Shown one piece after another: positions 60,743 through 64,000 of a stretch of 64,000 nt of DNA. The translations under genes and the position numbers were made by a program. The DNA is taken from positions 1-64,000 of the forward strand of contig NIVC01003842.1 of NCBI GenBank assembly GCA_002269645.1. The letters run 5' to 3'. This stretch comes from Macrostomum lignano (taxonomy: Eukaryota). The notes under the pieces are model-generated. The model did no database searches. It saw only the letters and a program-made list of their open reading frames with translations, and was not told where the DNA came from. The stretch's first letter is position 1, and each line of letters starts with the position of its first letter.

Positions 60743-63706
60743 GATGCGAAAGTGGACCTATGTGCACAGCTTCAAAGAGCACAAGAGGAATTACAGCAAA
60801 CGCAAAACGAAAATTTGGACCTTCAAGCCCGAGAAAGTGCTTTACTTGATAGTGTCAGCACTCTAACTAAAGAGCGTGACGACACAGCCACTGAGTGCAA
60901 TCTCGTAGCCTCAGAAGCTGCCCAGTTAAAAGAAGCCAACTCAGACTTAAATAACAGGCTTGAGAAGGTCTGCGCCGAGCGAGATCGCATGAAAGAAAAG
61001 TGCGCTCGACTTGTGAAACAGTGCCGCATTTTGAAGGAAGCGTCCAAGCAGAGCCAACAACGAGCAGAGACTGCGGACATTTGCTGTCAGACTGACGAAA
61101 CCACTGAGTCAGAGGCTGCAGCTGGTACAGCATCTGCATCAGTATCAGATGCTGCAACTGAAACAGATGTAGTCATCTCTTCTGAGTCTTCATTTGAACC
61201 AGGAAGGTTGATGGTAGATGCTGGTACTGATGCAGAGCCATGTGAACTTGAAAGTCGAGTGTCTGAGCAAGATGTTGAGCAGTTATTATCGTCGAAGATG
61301 TCTCTGACTGAGGAAGTATTCAAGTTGAAGCAGCAGCTCGCAGCTTTGGAGTCATCGAAGCAAGCTGCGGATTCAGAGCTTGACAAAACGATGACTGTCA
61401 TGTCAGCTCACGAAAAGCTTGTTTCAGAACACGAAGTGTTAATATCGGAGCGGGATTCATTGGTGTCGGAACGCGACGCATTGGTCACGGAGCGCGAAGC
61501 CATTCTCTCCGATCGTGAAAGATTTTCATCAGAGCGGGATGCCTTGATAACAGAAAAGGAAGCTTTGGTGCTAGAGCGGGACACCTTGATAAGAGAACGG
61601 GAGACTTTGATATCAGAACGTGACTCCATGGCTACAGAGCGCGAGGCACTAGCCTCAGAGAACGCTCAGCTGATGGAATCCGCCACCCAGTTGAAGGAGA
61701 AGCATGACTCTGTCTGCACCGAGCGAGATCGCATGAAAGAAAAGTGCGCTCGACTTGTGAAACAGTGCCGCATTTTGAAGGAAGCGTCCAAGCAGAGTCA
61801 GCAGCGAGCAGAGTCTGCGGACATGTGCTGTCAGACTGAAGCGACCACTGAGTCAGTAGCTGCAGCTGGTACAGCATCTGCATCAGTATCAGATGCTGCA
61901 ACTGAAACAGATGTTGTCATCTCTTCTGAGTCTTCATTTGAACCAGAAAGGATTGTGGTAGACGCTTGTACTGATGCAGAGCCAAGTGGAATTGAAAGTC
62001 GAGTGTCAGAGCAAGAGGTCGAACAGTTATTATCATCGAAGATGTCACTGACTGAGGAAGTATTCGAGTTGAAGCAGCAACTGGCAGCTTTGGAGTCATC
62101 GAAGCAAGCTGTGGATTCAGAGCTCGACAAAGCAATGACTGTCATGTCAGCTCACGATAAGCTCGTTTCAGAACACGAAGTGTTAATATCGCAGCGTGAT
62201 TCGTTGGTGTCGGAACGTGATGCATTGGTCACTGAGCGCGAAGCCATGCTCTCTGATTATGGAAGTTTATCATCAGAGCGGGACGCCTTGATGAAAGAAC
62301 GGGAAACTTTGATGTCAGAACGCAACGATTTTGCGTCAGAACGTGACTCCATGGCTACAGAGCGCGAAGCATTAGCCTCAGAGAACGCCCAGCTGATGGA
62401 ATCCGCCACTCAATTGAAGGAGAAGCATGACTCTGTGTGCACCGAGCGAGATCGCATGAAAGAAAAGTGCGCTCGACTCGTGAAACAGTGCCGCATTTTG
62501 AAGGAAGCATCCAAGCAGAGTCACCAGCAAACAGAAACTGCGGACATGTGCTGCCAGACTGAAGCCGCCACCGAGTCAGTGGCTGCAGCTGGTACATCAT
62601 CTGCATCAGTATCAGACGCCGCAACTGAAACAGTTATGATAATCTCTTCAGAGTCGTCATTTGAACCAGAAAGGATGATGGTAGATGCTTGTACTGATGC
62701 AGAGCCATGTGAACTTGAAAGTCGAGTGTCAGAGCAAGAGGTTGAGCATTTATTATTGTCCAAGATGTCTCTAACTGAGGAAGTCTTCGATTTAAAGCAG
62801 CAGCTTGCAGCTTTGGAGACATCAAAGCAAACTGCGGATTCAGAGCTTGAAAGAGCAATAAGTCTAATGTCCGAGCGGGATAGTTTAGCATCACAGTGCG
62901 ATTCTGTAATATTGGAGCGCGACGCACTAATTTCCGAACGTGAACGCCTGATCGCTGATCTAGAAAGCCTAGTATCCTCTCGCGATGCTCTGCTATCAGA
63001 GCGTGACTCTCTGGTAACAGAAGGCGATACTCTAGTATCAGAACGTGCTTCCCTGGTGACAGAACTTGACTCTGTAACAACAGAGCGCGAAACACTAGCC
63101 TCAGAAAACGCCCAAATAATGGAATCCGCCGCCCAGTTAAGGGAAAAGCATGACTCAGTGTGCACAGAGCGAGATCGGATGAAAGAAAAGTGCGCTCGAC
63201 TCGTTAAACAGTGTCGCAATCTGAAGGAGGCTTCAAAGCAGAGTCAGCATCGAGCAGAGATTGCAGAATTCAGCTCTCAGACTGAACCGGACACCGTGTC
63301 TTTGGCTGCCGCGGGCGCTGTACTGACATCTGATGGTGGACCAATGCCTTCAGTGACTCAAATAAATGTATCTACAGAAACCGATCTACTGTTGCAGCCA
63401 GAAAGACCGTTGGTAGATGTTGCCACTGATGACGAATGGACTGGTGCTCTTACTAAAAGTTCAAAGCGCGAGTCAGAGAGCTTGTTAGCATCAAAGATTT
63501 CCCTAGGAGAGGAGGTATCTGAATTGAAGAATCAACTCACCGAATCCGAGGCTGCTAGAAAGCTTGCAGAGTCTCAGCTGGAGAAATCATTGCAAAAACT
63601 ACAAATAGTTGAGAATCTAGCGCAGCATGTGTCAAGTGAAGAGACACAGATTGAAGAGTTTCCGGAGTTGGAGACTGTGGTCAGCTCAGTTCGTGTCGCC
63701 CTACTT
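60743..63706 (+). CDS. Giant coiled-coil protein, exon 8 (four ~241-aa modules)
   Basis: Poly-T/AG acceptor at 60741-60742, 988 open codons, GTAAGT donor at 63707. Confidence 0.88.
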
Positions 63707-63793
63707 GTAAGTACTTCTTCCAAGTTTTGTACTCGTATCTATTTTTAGCGATATTTCGGTTTTTATTTTATTGTTTTCTTCTCAATTTTTTAG

Positions 63794-64000
63794 AACACTC
63801 ATTCCGCTAGGAGTCTTCAACAGTCGGAAATAGAACAGCTGCAATCAACGTTAAATGGCTTGGAAAATATCCGGGACTCATTAACCAGCGAGCGCGACGC
63901 CTTGGCATCAGAACTACAAGCAATGGCGTCGCAACTTGAAGACATCGCAACTGAACGTGATTCGCTGAAGATGGATTGCAGCCTATTATCTTCTGAACGG
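63794..64000 (+). CDS. Giant coiled-coil protein, exon 9 (runs off window end)
   Basis: TTTTTAG acceptor, then open frame NTHSARSLQQSEIEQLQ...SERDALASELQ... to the last base. Confidence 0.8.

Noticed and set aside
51065-63219. Numerous minus-strand ORFs over the giant exons, and likewise over GVIN1
   Set aside because: Antisense shadows of biased, repetitive coding sequence.

Overview
Eukaryotic (animal, invertebrate-type) genomic DNA with GT-AG introns packed with minisatellites. The style suggests a flatworm such as Macrostomum, which is inference only. Four protein-coding genes are supported. (1) The 3' part of a protocadherin-like gene (+, exons 2942-10239), whose GC-rich exons need single-base repairs in homopolymer runs. 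(2) An intronless 2371-aa very large inducible GTPase (GVIN1/VLIG family, +, 22563-29678) with a MACPF-like N-terminal region and a C-terminal CaaX motif (CNIL). (3) A complete 4-exon mitoferrin (SLC25A37/28 family, -, 33938-39874, 328 aa). (4) A giant coiled-coil gene (+, 45896 to beyond the window end, >4600 aa so far, with a 9.6-kb exon), possibly golgin/giantin-like. Non-coding DNA holds over a dozen tandem arrays, an inverted minisatellite pair, several MITE-like elements, two tRNA-derived SINEs, a decayed mariner and a CpG-depleted domain. It also holds an unusual array of four tRNA-Leu primer-binding-site-like modules with unique spacers (41212-41408). All exon boundaries and alignments were read by eye.
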